A stretch of DNA of 64,000 nucleotides. Origin: Dicyema japonicum. Its lineage: Eukaryota; Animalia; Dicyemida. Shown piece by piece: positions 50,086 through 63,110 of this stretch. The number at the start of each line of letters is the position of its first letter. The stretch's first letter is position 1. Below the pieces are notes generated by a model. The model had not been told where the DNA came from, made no database searches, and worked only from the letters and a program-made list of their open reading frames with translations. Both the position numbers and the translations under genes were made by a program. The DNA lies in assembly GCA_011109175.1 (NCBI GenBank), contig RDEW01000054.1, positions 221,885-285,884 of the forward strand, written 5' to 3'.

Positions 50086-52140
50086 TTTTGGTGAGGTGGT
50101 GGCGTGCCTCGTTTTCTTAAATTTGGATCGCAATTGAGAAAAATATCTAAAAGGCAAGGGTACAAAGGGATGCATCTCGTCTAAAGGTCCCTACGTTCAA
50201 TGCTAGAGGCTTATCTACGACCTGGAGAGATACGACGTATCTATTGGTTGCCTACAAGAGACGAAAGTTACTTGTAGCCTTGATGAGAACTATGGCGAAT
50301 ATCGAATTATATGTCAACCGACGACTCAAAATATTATGGACTTGGATTTTCTGTCCACTCAAATTTGAGAAAATCAGAGGCGACTGAAAGGCTTATTTCC
50401 CAACCGGAGACTACTGAGAGATATCAACAATACATTCAGACTTAAATGCAGGACGTATTGGTGGATACCTCGTTAGAAGACGCCTGGAAACGCACAAAGG
50501 ACACCATCAACGAAGCTGCTGAAGCATGCTTTGGCAAAAGGGTGAATAGTAAAATGCACCTGAAGGCTATTCATCCAGATGTTCCTGAGTTTGCGAAAAG
50601 TTTAAAAGAAATAAACATGAGAAAATTAAATGCCGCTGACGCTAATACGATAAAATCCCTTCAGGGCGAAAGGCAACTCAAGAATAACAGAAGCCCCGGA
50701 CCAGATGCGATAAACCCAGAATTACTGAAATACAGCCCTGACCCCCTTTTTGAAAAAAATCGCTACACTACTTAATGAAATGTTTTCAACTAACTCAACT
50801 CTATTTCTGGGTACGGAACTACTAATCCCCATACAAAAAAATCAACAATACTAGAGGACCGCTCGAAAATTTGCGACCCATCATACTACTAAATTCATTA
50901 CGCAAAGTCTTGGCAAACATTGTGCTTGAACAAATAAAAGGATCTGCTTACAGATAGTCAAAGAGGTTTTCGAGAAGGGAGATCCACAGCTGATGCGGTC
51001 TGGAGTCACAGATGGAGGTGTCCAACATATCAATGATACCGTAACGCCACCAATATTCTGGGAATTGACTCATCAAGAGCATTTGATAAGGATAACAGGA
51101 ACATTTTAATGGGGGTACTGAGCGGATTTCTTGATGAGTCGAGTCTAAGGATGACCCGAATTTTACTTTCCAACACTGAGCTCCTTGTGAGAGTCGGAAA
51201 TACCTATTTAAGAAAATTTGAAACAAACACGGGCACTCCACAAGGAGACTACTTTTCTCTTCTACTATTCACAATTTATTTGGAAGCCGCTATGAGGGAA
51301 CTTAGACAGTTATACCAAGGAAAGACGGAAGAAGTGATCTACGCGGACGATGTAGACTAATTTCTGAAGACAAAGAGGTCCTGGAAAACCTATTAGAAAA
51401 AGCACCAGATGTACTAGGGAAATGGTTTCTTACTGTGAACAGAGAGAAAACAGAACTCACAGAGATAAGAAGGATGAGAAAGGTCCTAGAAGAGAAGTGG
51501 CGACAAGTAAAGAAACTCGGTTCACTTATGGGAGATAGCAAAGATATTTTACGTAAGAAAACTCTAGTTAATGCTGCGTTGTATAAACTGAAGAATCTAT
51601 GGCTCAATCAAAGAGTTATCGACACAAAAATGAGAATCCTATTATACGACTCATTCATAAAACCCGTACTTTTATATAACGCTGGAACTTGGGCGACCTC
51701 ATCAGCGGATATGGAAAAACTAGACTCGTTCCACAGAGGTCAGCTGAGAAAAATGGCCTACGAGAATATCGAGGAATGCTTTGTATAAGAGATGCAGCAC
51801 TAGACCTATCAGCTTAGAAGTACTGGAATCCCGATGGAAGCTCTTCGGACACGTGCTGAGGATAGAATTAACATCCCCACCGAACATATCTATGGAAACA
51901 TACTATGTTAGTCAAGAAGGCCGCTATCGTGGAAGAGCTAGAACAACACTGCCAATAGTCTTACAAAAAGACCTGGTCAATATCAAAAGAAATCTAAAAA
52001 ATGCCGACGACCAGGACAACATGAGAGCCTTGGCTAGGAACAGGGGAGCATGGAAAAGGATGACATCTAACCTTGTTTCTTTTGGGGCTATAATTAGTAT
52101 GGCTTTCGTGAAGTGCTTAATTAATAACAATAATAATTAA
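50086..52140 (+). mobile_element. Internally deleted RTE-like LINE related to 23168-26217
   Basis: Shared 5' end TTTTGGTGAGGTGGTGGCGTGCCTC; TFNARGL; GTPQGD, YADDVD, KKLGSLMGD; (TAA)n tail. Confidence 0.88.
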
Positions 52141-52276
52141 AATTTATCTGCGTGTAATATGGATTTACTTTATAATGATATTTATTTATTAACCCCAGGA
52201 TCACCGAGAAAAAAAGACAAAAGAAACTTCAAACAGTTAGGTAATCCCAGTTCCCGCAATCAAACGAGCCATCCAA

Positions 52277-55200
52277 AATTTAAAACGTGGCGTTATGTGG
52301 TCTACCAGTCATGAAAGTTCTGGAGGCGCTCAGGGTGCACTTAATGCACCGCAGAAAAAGACCATTAGCTACCTCCCATCAGGAGAAGGACTCTTTGGAC
52401 GACGGCCTCTTCCCTTTCTTAACCCCCCTCGGCTGAATGGGTTTCTGATAATTCTCGCCGGTGACATTGAACTTAATCCTCCATTTTCGATTCTGCAAAT
52501 AAACATCAACGGAATCAAAAGCAAAAATTCTCGAACTACGGTCTTTCATTAAAGAACAGAACATTGAGCTGATTTTACTTCAAGAAAACAGACTTACTCC
52601 ATCATCACCTACCCCGCATTTTCCAGGATACCACTGCATTTGCCTGGACCGCTCAAACCGTCGTGGTGGGTGGTCTCCTCGTCATTATAAGAGATAACAT
52701 TCGATTTACGGACACCTCAGAGAAACTACAATCACTAATAAACGATGGGACCACGGAAATATCTGGGATATCAATTACAAGTGGATTCGGGACTCTCAAC
52801 ATTACAAACATCTACGTCCCCCTCCATCTTCTTGCCCAAAAGGATTCTCTCTAAACCTAACCAAGTTAAACAAGCTCGAAAACCTGATATTGTGTGGAGA
52901 TTTTAATGCTAAACATCCAGCCTGGTTAAAATCACATCCAGCAGACTCAAGAAGATTATCCTTATTAAACCACCTCACCTCTCTGACTATCCTCAACAAC
53001 CCCAGGAAGCACACTAGGACTCCTTACAAGGAAAATGAAGCTTCAACGCCCCCAGACATTACCTTCTGTTCCACAAACCTTGTACCGGACACATTTTGGA
53101 CGGTGCATTATGGATTATCTTCTGACCAAATCCAATAATTAATCGAATCAGAAAAAGATCTTTACCACAGAAAATAGACTGATTCATTTTTCTACTATAA
53201 AAAAGCAAACTGGAATGACTATTCAAAATAAATCGATCAATCTCTAGTAAACTTTGATATGATGATATTCCCCTCAATAGATAAATCTATTGACTTTCTA
53301 AACAAAGCTATTTTCATGGCGCGGGGAACATTCATTCCGCGTGGATCATTTAAATTCTACAATGAAAAACTTGATCAGAACACCAAATCATTAATTAAAG
53401 AAAGGAATCGCCTGAAAAGACATGTAGCCAACAGATGGGACAAACTAGTATCTTCCCTTCCATTTCAAAAATCTGCTCAGAAGATATGGAAAGAAATTAA
53501 ACAACTTGGTCCAAAAGGAAATTTTAAAAGACAACAGACTGATCAGCACAGTCTTAACAAGCTCATGAAATATTACGCCAACATAAGCCACAAACCTTTC
53601 AGGAAAATGGATGGACCATCTTTATCCTCAATAAAACCGCAGAGAACACAGCCGATTAACTTTATCTCTCATTCAGATGTCAGTGAGGGATTGAAGAGGA
53701 TGAATTCTTCACTTTCATGTGGACCAGATTCTATCCCTGGTATTTTACTAAAACACTTTGGACCTATTGCGATTGATGCAATCACAGTAATTTTCAACTA
53801 TTCAATAAACATGAATACAATTCCAACTATCTGGAAACTGTCCTATATACGCCAAATCCTTAGGCCTGGCAAGCATAAAAACAATCCTGCATCATTTCGA
53901 CCAATCTCTTTACTATGCACCTTATCAAAGTTATTGGAAAAATTTGATTCTTAACCTTATAACCTGTCCCTTCCTTTTTCGTCCTCACAACATAGATTTA
54001 GAAGCGGTCATTCAACTTCTACCCACCTAACTTCCCTCAACCAATTTATCATTGAAGGCTTTAACACAAATTCTCGTCACTTCGAAACAGTCGTTTGCTC
54101 GATCGATTTACAAATGGCCTTCCTCTGTCTCAAGGAAAATCCTAACCCGGAAATTGTTTGTTCTCCCCGTCAACTCCAATATAAAACTTTGGCTTGCTAA
54201 CTTCATAAACGGAAGAAGGGCCCGGGTATACATGGATGGGAACAAATCAATTTCAAGATTACTACCCAATGGTGTCCCACAAGGTTCCCTTTTATCACCC
54301 GCCTTATTTAACTTATACGTGTCCGATTTACCACAACCCGATTAAAAAACGATATGCTGATGACTTATTAATCGGATCCCGCGATCAAGATATCCCAAAG
54401 GCATCAGAAAGACTACAAGAATACCTTCACAAGATTCAAATTTGGCTAAATTATAACCGGCTTGATATATATAATGAAAAATCTTATTCGTCATTATTTA
54501 CTTTAGACAAACGACTTGGACAAATGACAGTGGATATATTTATCAACCAGACAAAAATACCTTCCACGAAGAAACTGAAAATCTTGGGGATCACCTTCGA
54601 CACACACATGTCCTTTTCATCTCACGTCGACGCTGTCTCTGGAAGCTGCTCAAGAAAGCTAGGGATAATCAAAACTATTTTCAGTGACATTAAAACCCCT
54701 TTCCCAGCTTTGAAATTGTTGTACAAACAATTCATTGAGCCATCTGTCAGCTATGCCTGTACGTCATGGGGAATCAATCTGTCCTGGACGAACAAACAAA
54801 AAATCCGGGACATTCAGGCCTTAACAACCACTACTATTAGTAATCTCGGGAAACTAGAAAAACTAATACCCTCATCACTTGAAGATTTTATCCGACAAAA
54901 TGGATAGGGATTTGCTACCTTGTGCAAGCAGTGCAACTCTCAACAATACAGTCACGACGTGTCTTATGAGAGGGGTATACATCACCCCTCTTTAATTCCT
55001 ATTCCCGAAACCACCCAGCACACAGAGAAGTCGTGTTGGATCCCAGAAGGCGCACGAGGAGAAAATGAGAATTCTGATCCCCACTCCACTGGAAGGGTTT
55101 CCACAACTGCATGTAATGGACGTCTTACCATTTATGTTGATTTCGGATGGACTCTGTTTCTGTAGAAGTGGAAACTGGATACACTTAATTAATTGTTTAC

Positions 55201-55318
55201 TTTAACTTCTTTCTCGGTGTATCCGGGGTTAATAAATAAATAATAAGGTCTTCGAGATCACTTAATTAATTTAGTAATTAAATTAACTATTGGTGTTCTT
55301 GGGTTAATAATAATAATA
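52277..55318 (+). mobile_element. Full-length Ingi/Vingi-like LINE with defective 2A (GDIELNP-P)
   Basis: AACGTGGCGTTATGTGG at 52284-52300; leader in frame with APE; RT motifs GVPQGS and YADD; (TAA)n tail; 36-bp perfect TSD (52241-52276, 55319-55354). Confidence 0.92.
55080..55246 (+). mobile_element. Short 3' fragment of another Ingi/Vingi-like subfamily nested just before the host element's 3' stem
   Basis: Absent from the paralogous copy at 57986-58452; has its own stem (CTGGATACAC/GTGTATCCGG) and TAAA/TAA tail. Confidence 0.85.
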
Positions 55319-56619
55319 GTAATCCCAGTTCCCGCAATCAAACGAGCCATCCAACGTCTGTGGTCTTCCATTGTTCCCACTACTGTGCGAAAGATCCTTC
55401 TCTCATTCCTGCAGAGGAATCCGATTGGGGAGGGGAACTTCCTAACCAATCGAATTTCATTGGACAAGGACAGGCTAAGCGGGTTTCCTTTCTCCTTACA
55501 GACCTGATGGAATCCGGTTCCCGACTACGGGTCGCTGCTTTCGTAAGTAGGGGATTGACTGTTGATCCAGAGTGAGGGCCCATCATAGATATAGTGTTCC
55601 GGTATATTGAATTGATTTTGTGGACCGTATTCTCTGACAACGCGAATCTCCATGCAACAGAGGGATACTCCACAGCCAGTGCGATGGTTTCCCGGTAGAG
55701 ATTTCCAGCAGAAGCGTCCAAATTTAACGGAGTCCTCCATCCGAGCAAGCGCTCGTATAACATTCAGTTTCTGCAGTCCTTTAATGTGGACTTTCTTCTC
55801 ATGTGAGTTAAAGTTCAATAGTCTGTCGAACATTAGCCCAAGAATTGAAGGAGATGTTGTCACGTATCTGGACAGGGCCAATAAAAATTCTTGGATCTTC
55901 TTTTAAACGACGGTCGCATGTGTGGTGGGGTGGCACTAAATCCATCGGCTATGAATTGGGATAGTGTGGTTAAATGGGTGGTGGACCTTCAAGGACAAAA
56001 GCCATGTTAAAAAGCCGCTTGAGGGAGGTCCGGAGTAATGGCAGATAGTACCACTTTTTCAAGAAGTTTTGATAATTTGCTGGTCAGGGAGATTGACCTG
56101 TATGAAACAAATTCTCTTTCCGGTTTTCCAGCCTTCAAAACTGGTTTGATAACAGAGTACTTCCAAATCTTTGAAATAATATTGTAGTTAATAGACAGGT
56201 TAAATACTTGCGTGAGGTAGCTAATTGTGTATTTGCTTAGGTATTTCAAATGAATTGAAGATACTTTGTCAGGGCAGCAAACCCGTGAGTTCTTTATTCC
56301 GGCGATAACCTCTGAGACCTGCTTGTCTGAAAATAGTTCCTGGTAAGGTTCATTTTTCGGTTTACAGGCACGTACTTTGATATCCAGTTGAGGCAATTGA
56401 CCAGGTAACGCCACCTCTGATACTGATGGTCTTTTATGCTCTGGTTGATACTTTTATTTAGTTGACGGATGGATTTCAACTCCGTCGGATGGCATTTTTT
56501 CATTTGGTTTTTTCGTTTTATGAGTGAAGTGTCCGGGAATTGAGGGTAGGTATAAAATTCGTGATAAGAGAGGAATAAATATGTTGTCAGCCTTTTGAAT
56601 TGCTACACTAATGATTTTT

Positions 56620-57985
56620 GCGCTTCATCTATCGAACGTATATGGGATAATACTTTGTTGCAATTCCTTCCCACGTCATTACTATTGGAATAACGAGGAC
56701 CTTGCAACCGAGCATCTGCCCCATCTTGTTTGCAAGCAAAGTCATACTTACTTTTTTTCTCTACCTCCACAGTCTGCAAACGGTCTTGAGATGTAATGCC
56801 AACCTCTATGATAAGGACTTGGCCAGGCTCTTATCGTGTACCACAATGTCCGGTTTTTGTGCTTGACTAGCACCGAGGTACTGATAACACTGTCTACCTT
56901 AATTTGGACCCTGGTGTTCTCTACTACAGATTGCACCTTATGAGCCGCGACTTTCTGGTGTGGCGAATACCATACTTATTGCATAGTAGAAGATGAAGAC
57001 TCCTTACTACCTCGTTATGCCTCCACACATAGTCGTGGCAGAGCACGGATCCGCACTGAGTGGCTAAATGATCAACCGACATGCTCCTTACTTACAATGG
57101 GGACATGAATTTGTTGGTCGACCCCAAAAAATATTGCGGTCTTGCATATACGTGTACAGCGCCTCCGATCGAGGTGAGTTGTCACCGTATTTTAGCCATA
57201 TTGTCGACGACTTAAGGTCGACATGTGGGTTGTCCAATGCTCTGAGGAGGACATTATGAAGGCTTTTTAAGTTGATCTTTTCCATCAAATTATTATATTC
57301 TAATTCGATCAACGCCTTCACATTTACCAGCCCACCATCATCAACACCATACTTAGCAGACAAAAAAGGTCTGATAGTGTCTAGGTGGGTTTTTAAGGTT
57401 TTCTCGGTCGTTATTATGGCGTGCTTCCTAGTAGACGATACGCTCACTTAGTTGGACTACTCCACACAGTCCATGGCCAAATTTATCACGGGGTAAATAT
57501 AGTCTCTCCTTATTGGCTGCCAGCACATGGACATGGTTCTCTCTGAGTACTCACGGATCATAACATCCATCTCATCATACTTTTGGACTCAAACTCCACA
57601 ACACTATGTAGTAGTTTAGCAGCGAGAACAGCATACTCATTTAAGTTAGGAACAAATTCCTTGCATTTAGAGACGTTTACATAATAACGCTGCTCTTTAC
57701 GATGCCTTCAGTGATCTGTCGCTTTGTCTCAGGCATTATAAGGGAATTTGGAGTTTCGGTAACACCTAGATACTTATATCCTTTGTGTTCCTCTAGGACT
57801 CTTACTAACTCGCTACATACTTGCGTGTTACTCGCAGATTTGAATAATTCAAATCTAGTCCTATACTCTCAAAGAATTCCCTGCCACAGACCCCGATGGA
57901 ATAGAGCTCCTCGGATGTTCGAGCATACATCTTCAGGTCATCGATAAAAATAAGGTTATCTGTAGTGAAACAAACACCCTCATCT
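56620..57985 (-). mobile_element. Decayed R4/Dong-like RLE non-LTR retrotransposon fragment
   Basis: FIDDLK RT motif; SSTIWLKYGDNSPRSEALYTYMQDRNIFWG..CPHCK..HLATQC..HDYVWRHNEVV CCHC knuckle; IKVDSVIST..KH. Confidence 0.75.
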
Positions 57986-58452
57986 TATTATTATTAATCC
58001 AAGAACACCAATAGTTAAGTTAATTACTAAATTAATTAAGTGATCTCGAAAATCTCAATCAGATTTCTTATTTTCTCCTCGTGCGCCTTCTGGGATCCAA
58101 CATAACTTCTCTGGGGTTTCGGGAATAGGAATTGGAGAGGTATGATGTATACCCTTCTCATAAGACACGTCGTGGCTGTGTATTGTTGAAAGTTGCACTG
58201 CCTGCACAGGGTAGAAAATACTTTTTCATTTTGTCGGATAAGGTCTTCAAGTGATAGGGTATTAATTTTTCTAGTTTCCCGAGATTACTAATAGTAGTGG
58301 CTGTTAAGGGCTGAATGTCCCGGATTCTTTGTTTATTCGTCTATGACAGATTGATTCCCCATTACGTGCAGGCATAGCTGACAGATGACTCAATGAATTG
58401 TTTGTAAAACAATTTCAAAGCTGGGAAAGGGGTTTTAATGCCACCGAAAATC
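57986..58452 (-). mobile_element. 5'-truncated copy of the 52277-55318 subfamily, ~90 nt upstream of the DAXX-like gene
   Basis: High-identity reverse complement of 54680-55080 plus 55247-55318. Confidence 0.92.
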
Positions 58453-58541
58453 CAATCCATCTAATATTATTTTATAATAGATCATTAAAATTAATTTTAT
58501 GCAATTTATTAATAATTTAAAATAACATTCTTGTGGTCTTG

Positions 58542-60092
58542 ATGTCCCGTAATTATAAAGAATCAAATAACTCATTGATCGAACAACTGGCTCAAAAATT
58601 ACAAAAGAAAATTATTTCTAAATTTGACACATCAAGTTTTAATAAGTAAATGATTAAATATGTAGTTATAAATACATTATCAAATGAATTTACGAACCAA
58701 TATAAGAACGACAAGAATGTATATATTTTTTGTTAATTAGATTATATCCAATTTTGATCATCTCTCCTCTACTGTGACACAACGAATACTAACTCTGATT
58801 CTAAATCATTGAACTACAATTCTGGTATTTAAATAATTCTATTCATTTATTAACTTAACGAATTGTCAGAATTGATACTATTGATGATAAAAACCAGACA
58901 AAGTTTCTATTTATTTAATTGCCTATTTTCTAGAATTTATAAAGAAATTGAGACGAATAATAGTTTATCCAACTCAGTTTGTCAATTGGATAAGTCATCA
59001 AAAATTGATGAGTCATTTAAACAAAAAAAAAAATATGAAAAAAAAAAAAAAAAAAAAAAAAAAAACAAAAATAAAAGAATTTGAAAATATGAAGGAAACA
59101 AAAATTTTCGATTCACTAAAATCTAATAATTTCCATGTTGAAGAAAAAGATTATTCTGTAGAAAAAGAAGTAACAAATGGTATTATTTACCAAATATAAT
59201 CTTAGATATAAAAAGCGAAATAGAATTATTCGGTAATTTATCTGAAAATTTAAAATCTAAATATTTTACGTCGCTTGAAAATACAATTGATGTAATTTAA
59301 ATGTTAAAATCAGAAATGTTCTGGAATAATTGACATGATAGATCAATCGGAATTCACAATGGATGATCTCGATGATGACAGGTCTTTATGGGTCCAGGAA
59401 TCTCGTTATACAAAAAAATTGAATAACCTGTACCGATTGGAGCATAAACTAAAGCGTAAACCGATTAAACGATCGCGTAAAATTTTTATCCTTAAAGGTT
59501 TTCTAAAACTTTAATAATTTTTAATAGATACTTCTCTCTTTCATTTTTTGAAGAGAGATGTAGAAAATTATGTGAACAAACGTATTAAAAATAAAAATTC
59601 TGATATAATTAATTACAATGAAATATTTGAAGTTGTAAAAAATTCATACAAGACAAATAATATTAAATTAAAGTAACCTTTTTAATATTTTTATATTCAA
59701 TTTATAAATTTTTTATTTTAGTGATGATGAATTAAAGATTGTTTCGAACAATATTTTTCTTAAAGTTGGGAAGGAATTACAGAAGAGGAGAATAGATAAT
59801 ACATTTGAATATTTGGATATATGTGCTAAATCTCAAAATCAAAATGTACAAGAATTAGATCCTGCCAATGCAGATCCTGCTTTATCTGCTATGCTTTCTA
59901 ACAATGATGAATTGTCTCAAATAAAAATGAATGTTTGTCTTTTTTAAATATTTAGTTAATTAAAAATCTGAGGGATGAAAATTTAGGAAATTCAAATTCT
60001 GGTTTTGTTTTATATTTTATGCTATGTAGATTCAATTGAAACGGCGAATTTAAACGATCCAGGTTTTTTAATTTATCTATGTTATAGCATAA
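58542..60092 (+). CDS. DAXX: DAXX-like histone H3.3 chaperone (histone-binding domain recognisable; N-terminal exons uncertain)
   Basis: EFTMDDLDDDRSLWVQESRYTKKL..NYNEIFEVV..IFLKVGKELQKRR..DPANADPALSAML parallels the DAXX histone-binding domain; frame inconsistencies and an A-run at 59020-59075. Confidence 0.72.
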
Positions 60093-61439
60093 AAGATTTA
60101 GTGTATTTTTTAATTCTAAAGATAAAAGATATAACTTGATTTTTTTCAGAAAATCGATTCTTGTTTATTTTAACACTATATATTTAAGGTACTTTTTTTA
60201 TGCCCAATGATAACATGAATTTCATTTTAAATGGATTTTTTTAGATAAATCTAAGATTTTTATTTAAGCTATTAGAGTTTTTTAATAATCTCGTAAATAG
60301 CCGAAATTGAATTTATCCAGTTCTCTCGGTCATATTAGACGTATTTTTTCCCAGCGTCCCGACTTTTCCAAGTAACCAACATTGTGAATCGGTCAAAATT
60401 TTGGATTTAAAGTCTAAAAATCACTAACTAGTGATTACCAGCAACATAATGTTCAGTCTTAGCTAAGTTTCTTCCATTTTCTTCAAAATTTCAATAAACT
60501 TACAAATAGTCGGATGATACGCTTCAATTAAAGAATTAAAAGAATGATGACATCCCATGAGACTTATTTGCTTTAGGACCAATAGCTCTCACTACATCAA
60601 AACAGTTCCACAATTTATGGGAAAAACGTGGACAACGACATACTCGGTACGTACTATCTAAATATCTTCTACATAATTCAATACAGGCTGAACTTTTGGA
60701 AAATTGTTGCAATCGCGTAAATGTTCAAAAAAATTAACAGCATGTAATTTTGGGACAAATACGAACTCAGCAAATGGCAGGAACATTACTATAGATAAAG
60801 CGGAGTTTGGGAAATCCGAAAGTACGAATCAGGGAAAACTACCATTTGGCTCCTATTTCGATGGAGATTTCTGGGGTCGTGGGAGAGATGACGGACGCCT
60901 TTCTCTCCAATGTCGGACAAAAGATTGCTCCGAAGAGATGCGAACCTCTCGATGGACGTTGCAGAGGTTAGAAATGGCGATGATCCTGGCCTCTTAACTA
61001 AAAGACTTTAGTTGTTTTCTTATAAATAAATATTTTTTTATTAAAGAAGTTGCCTGTAGTCAAGTAGAAATTTCCAGCGGCAAATCTACAAAAGCTTCAA
61101 TATTAATAAGATTCTCATTTTCTTGTGATTCAAGTACTCTTCTTTTTATCTTATGATTAATTCTCTTAGATTCAATATGAGCAATATCGCCAGAATTAAT
61201 GTGCAAGATGTTGTCTTCCTAGGACACTTGCGGAGGATTATGCTGTGATCGGGGGACGATCTGGACGAAATCAGGAGGCGAGCAAGACGACGAAAGGGAT
61301 GGAGAAGGCTAACGGAAATAATAGTCGAAAACATGGCACAAGCGAAACCATAAACATTACTAACTGGAAACGCGGACGTGTATTAACTAACTTAAGTGTG
61401 AACTCTGGCCAGACATTTGAGTTTATAATATTATTCATA

Positions 61440-62040
61440 TTTCCTTTTCGTGTAGAAATCCAATTACTTAAACGACTCAAGAATTCTAGCGTCTCATGTG
61501 CAAGGGAAACGGACATTTCAACCGCGAAAGGAACAAACAGAAAATCTTGTAGAACCGCATACATTGCAAGGTTTGATTTCTTGGCCTTCTCAGCGGTAGA
61601 GCCGACTCCAGAGGCACTCTGATGTAGATGTTTTCGGGTTCAAAGGTGAAGATAGTAATCCCATCTGGTCGTGTCCCGTCACGTCTGCAAAAGGCCGACT
61701 GGTTAGAACATAAAAGGGTGTCCAGCGGCGTCCAAAACTCGCCTAATGACTTCGTTCAAGGCCATGTATCTAGTGGATCTTTCCGCACTCTTCCTGCAAT
61801 AGATTGGGTACAGGCCAAGACAGTCAATCTGGTCCCTGCATCGGCATCAATGCGGCACATATACTTTAAATCCGAGTCATAATGAAATCCAAATACGGAT
61901 GCATTCATTATCCAGAAAGTTATCCGAAACTACGTTAGGAATGGCATTGATCTAGGCAGTGCTCTCCAAAAACGCCTCCGAAAACAAACAAACACGGCGA
62001 TGTTGATTAGATGACACCAGCAGATCTTCAAATGACTACC
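61440..62040 (-). mobile_element. Second CRE-like RLE fragment
   Basis: INAIPN..LDNECIRI..VPH.CRC..CRKS..LNEVIRRVL..RRDGTRPDGITI..FVPFAVE. Confidence 0.75.
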
Positions 62041-62351
62041 GGTATATAGTATCGTCTGGACCCCGTTAAGAGTTCAGGGAAGGTGTGGAAAACGGGTTGA
62101 TATGGTTCCAGGCCTTACGTAAAAAATTCATATTTTTAGGGTTTCTGTGTTATGCAGGCAATACATTTTTGAACTTTTGCATTTGTTACGTTTTCAATCC
62201 TTTTGATGATGTGCAGTTGTTTAATATTTGTGTTTCCTTTTTTGTCCCATACTACGTCGAACATGTTTTTGGACGAAATTAAAAATTTCGTTTTTCCTCC
62301 GAAAAGAAGCCGGTAACCATTTGTTTTAAAATGATAATTAAGACTTATACA

Positions 62352-62410
62352 TAAGCGGGATTCGAACTAGGGGCCATCAGACCTCTTGTCAGGCACTCGT
62401 TATACTAACC
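62352..62410 (-). mobile_element. Possible degenerate tRNA-like SINE head
   Basis: Minus strand GGTTAGTATAA...AGTTCGAATCCCGC (A/B-box-like spacing). Confidence 0.35.
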
Positions 62411-62449
62411 CAATTGTAAATTTAATTCTAAACGATTTAAACATATCTA

Positions 62450-62740
62450 TCAATCATGATGGCAGCTCTCAAAATCGAAAACTCATTTCCCTAACGATTT
62501 GTAAGAAAATTCGATCAAATAGCTACTCTCTCGATAATCCACTTCCACTCGATACAATTTAGCAGTTTTAAAAACTACTCTCAATAATCTCCAAGTTTTC
62601 TACTGTGGTCGATTCGAAAATAAACTACCCTTCATCGAATGATTTGTCAATAATTTAATATCCGATGATTTTACAGCAATGAATTTACCTAAAACCCAAT
62701 GTCACGATTGGACCTTGACATCTAAATACTCGACTAGATT
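62450..62740 (+). mobile_element. Possible Penelope-like RT remnant
   Basis: ENKLPFIE..FTA..YLKPN resembles the Penelope E.N.LPFLD..VYRKPT motif. Confidence 0.35.
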
Positions 62741-62760
62741 AAACGTCGTGTTGTGCTTTT

Positions 62761-63110
62761 ATTTATTAACCCCAGGCTTACAATCTTTGGTAAGCCCAGC
62801 ACAAACAGTCACAACTAATTAATCCAAGGAAGGAACCCAAGGGAGAACATCTGCTAGCGCCGACCAAATCCATCCTCCAATAGTCCATTACAAGCTTCCG
62901 TTTCAGAAGAGAAGTGGAGAAGTAGGTTCGCTCTCTTCCATTTTCATCACAGGTCCTAAAGTCGCGACATCACTTTATTCTTCGGTGGAAGAGTTTTCAT
63001 AATTTAATTTTCATCAGAGGATTTGCTCAGGGAGAAGGTAGGAATATCCCTTTCAACTACTGTGTCGTGTCAGAAGGACTCGTCGCTTAACAGATGGGAT
63101 CAATATCCAA
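62761..63110 (-). mobile_element. Divergent Ingi/Vingi-like 3' fragment with a compact terminal hairpin
   Basis: CTGGGCTTAC-8 nt-GTAAGCCTGG then GGTTAATAAAT tail. Confidence 0.65.

Larger units (their letters stand above)
52181..56600 (-). mobile_element. Ingi/Vingi-like element split by the 52277-55318 insertion (pieces 52181-52276 and 55319-56600)
   Basis: AGTGIT* end, stem and tail at 52181-52250; sequence resumes after the duplicated 36-mer; RT N-terminal ORF 56007-56414; RT core deleted near 55900. Confidence 0.88.

Noticed and set aside
52277-52450. HDV-like ribozyme at the Ingi-like 5' end
   Set aside because: The 5' UTR is ~18 nt and I could not trace a nested double pseudoknot by eye; not excluded computationally.
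59020-59075. Poly-lysine ORFs
   Set aside because: A long A homopolymer inside the DAXX-like gene; length and frame are unreliable.
60300-61400. LTR retrotransposon
   Set aside because: No LTR pair, PBS or convincing domains; appears to be mixed debris including an RTE-like 3' end near 61220-61400.
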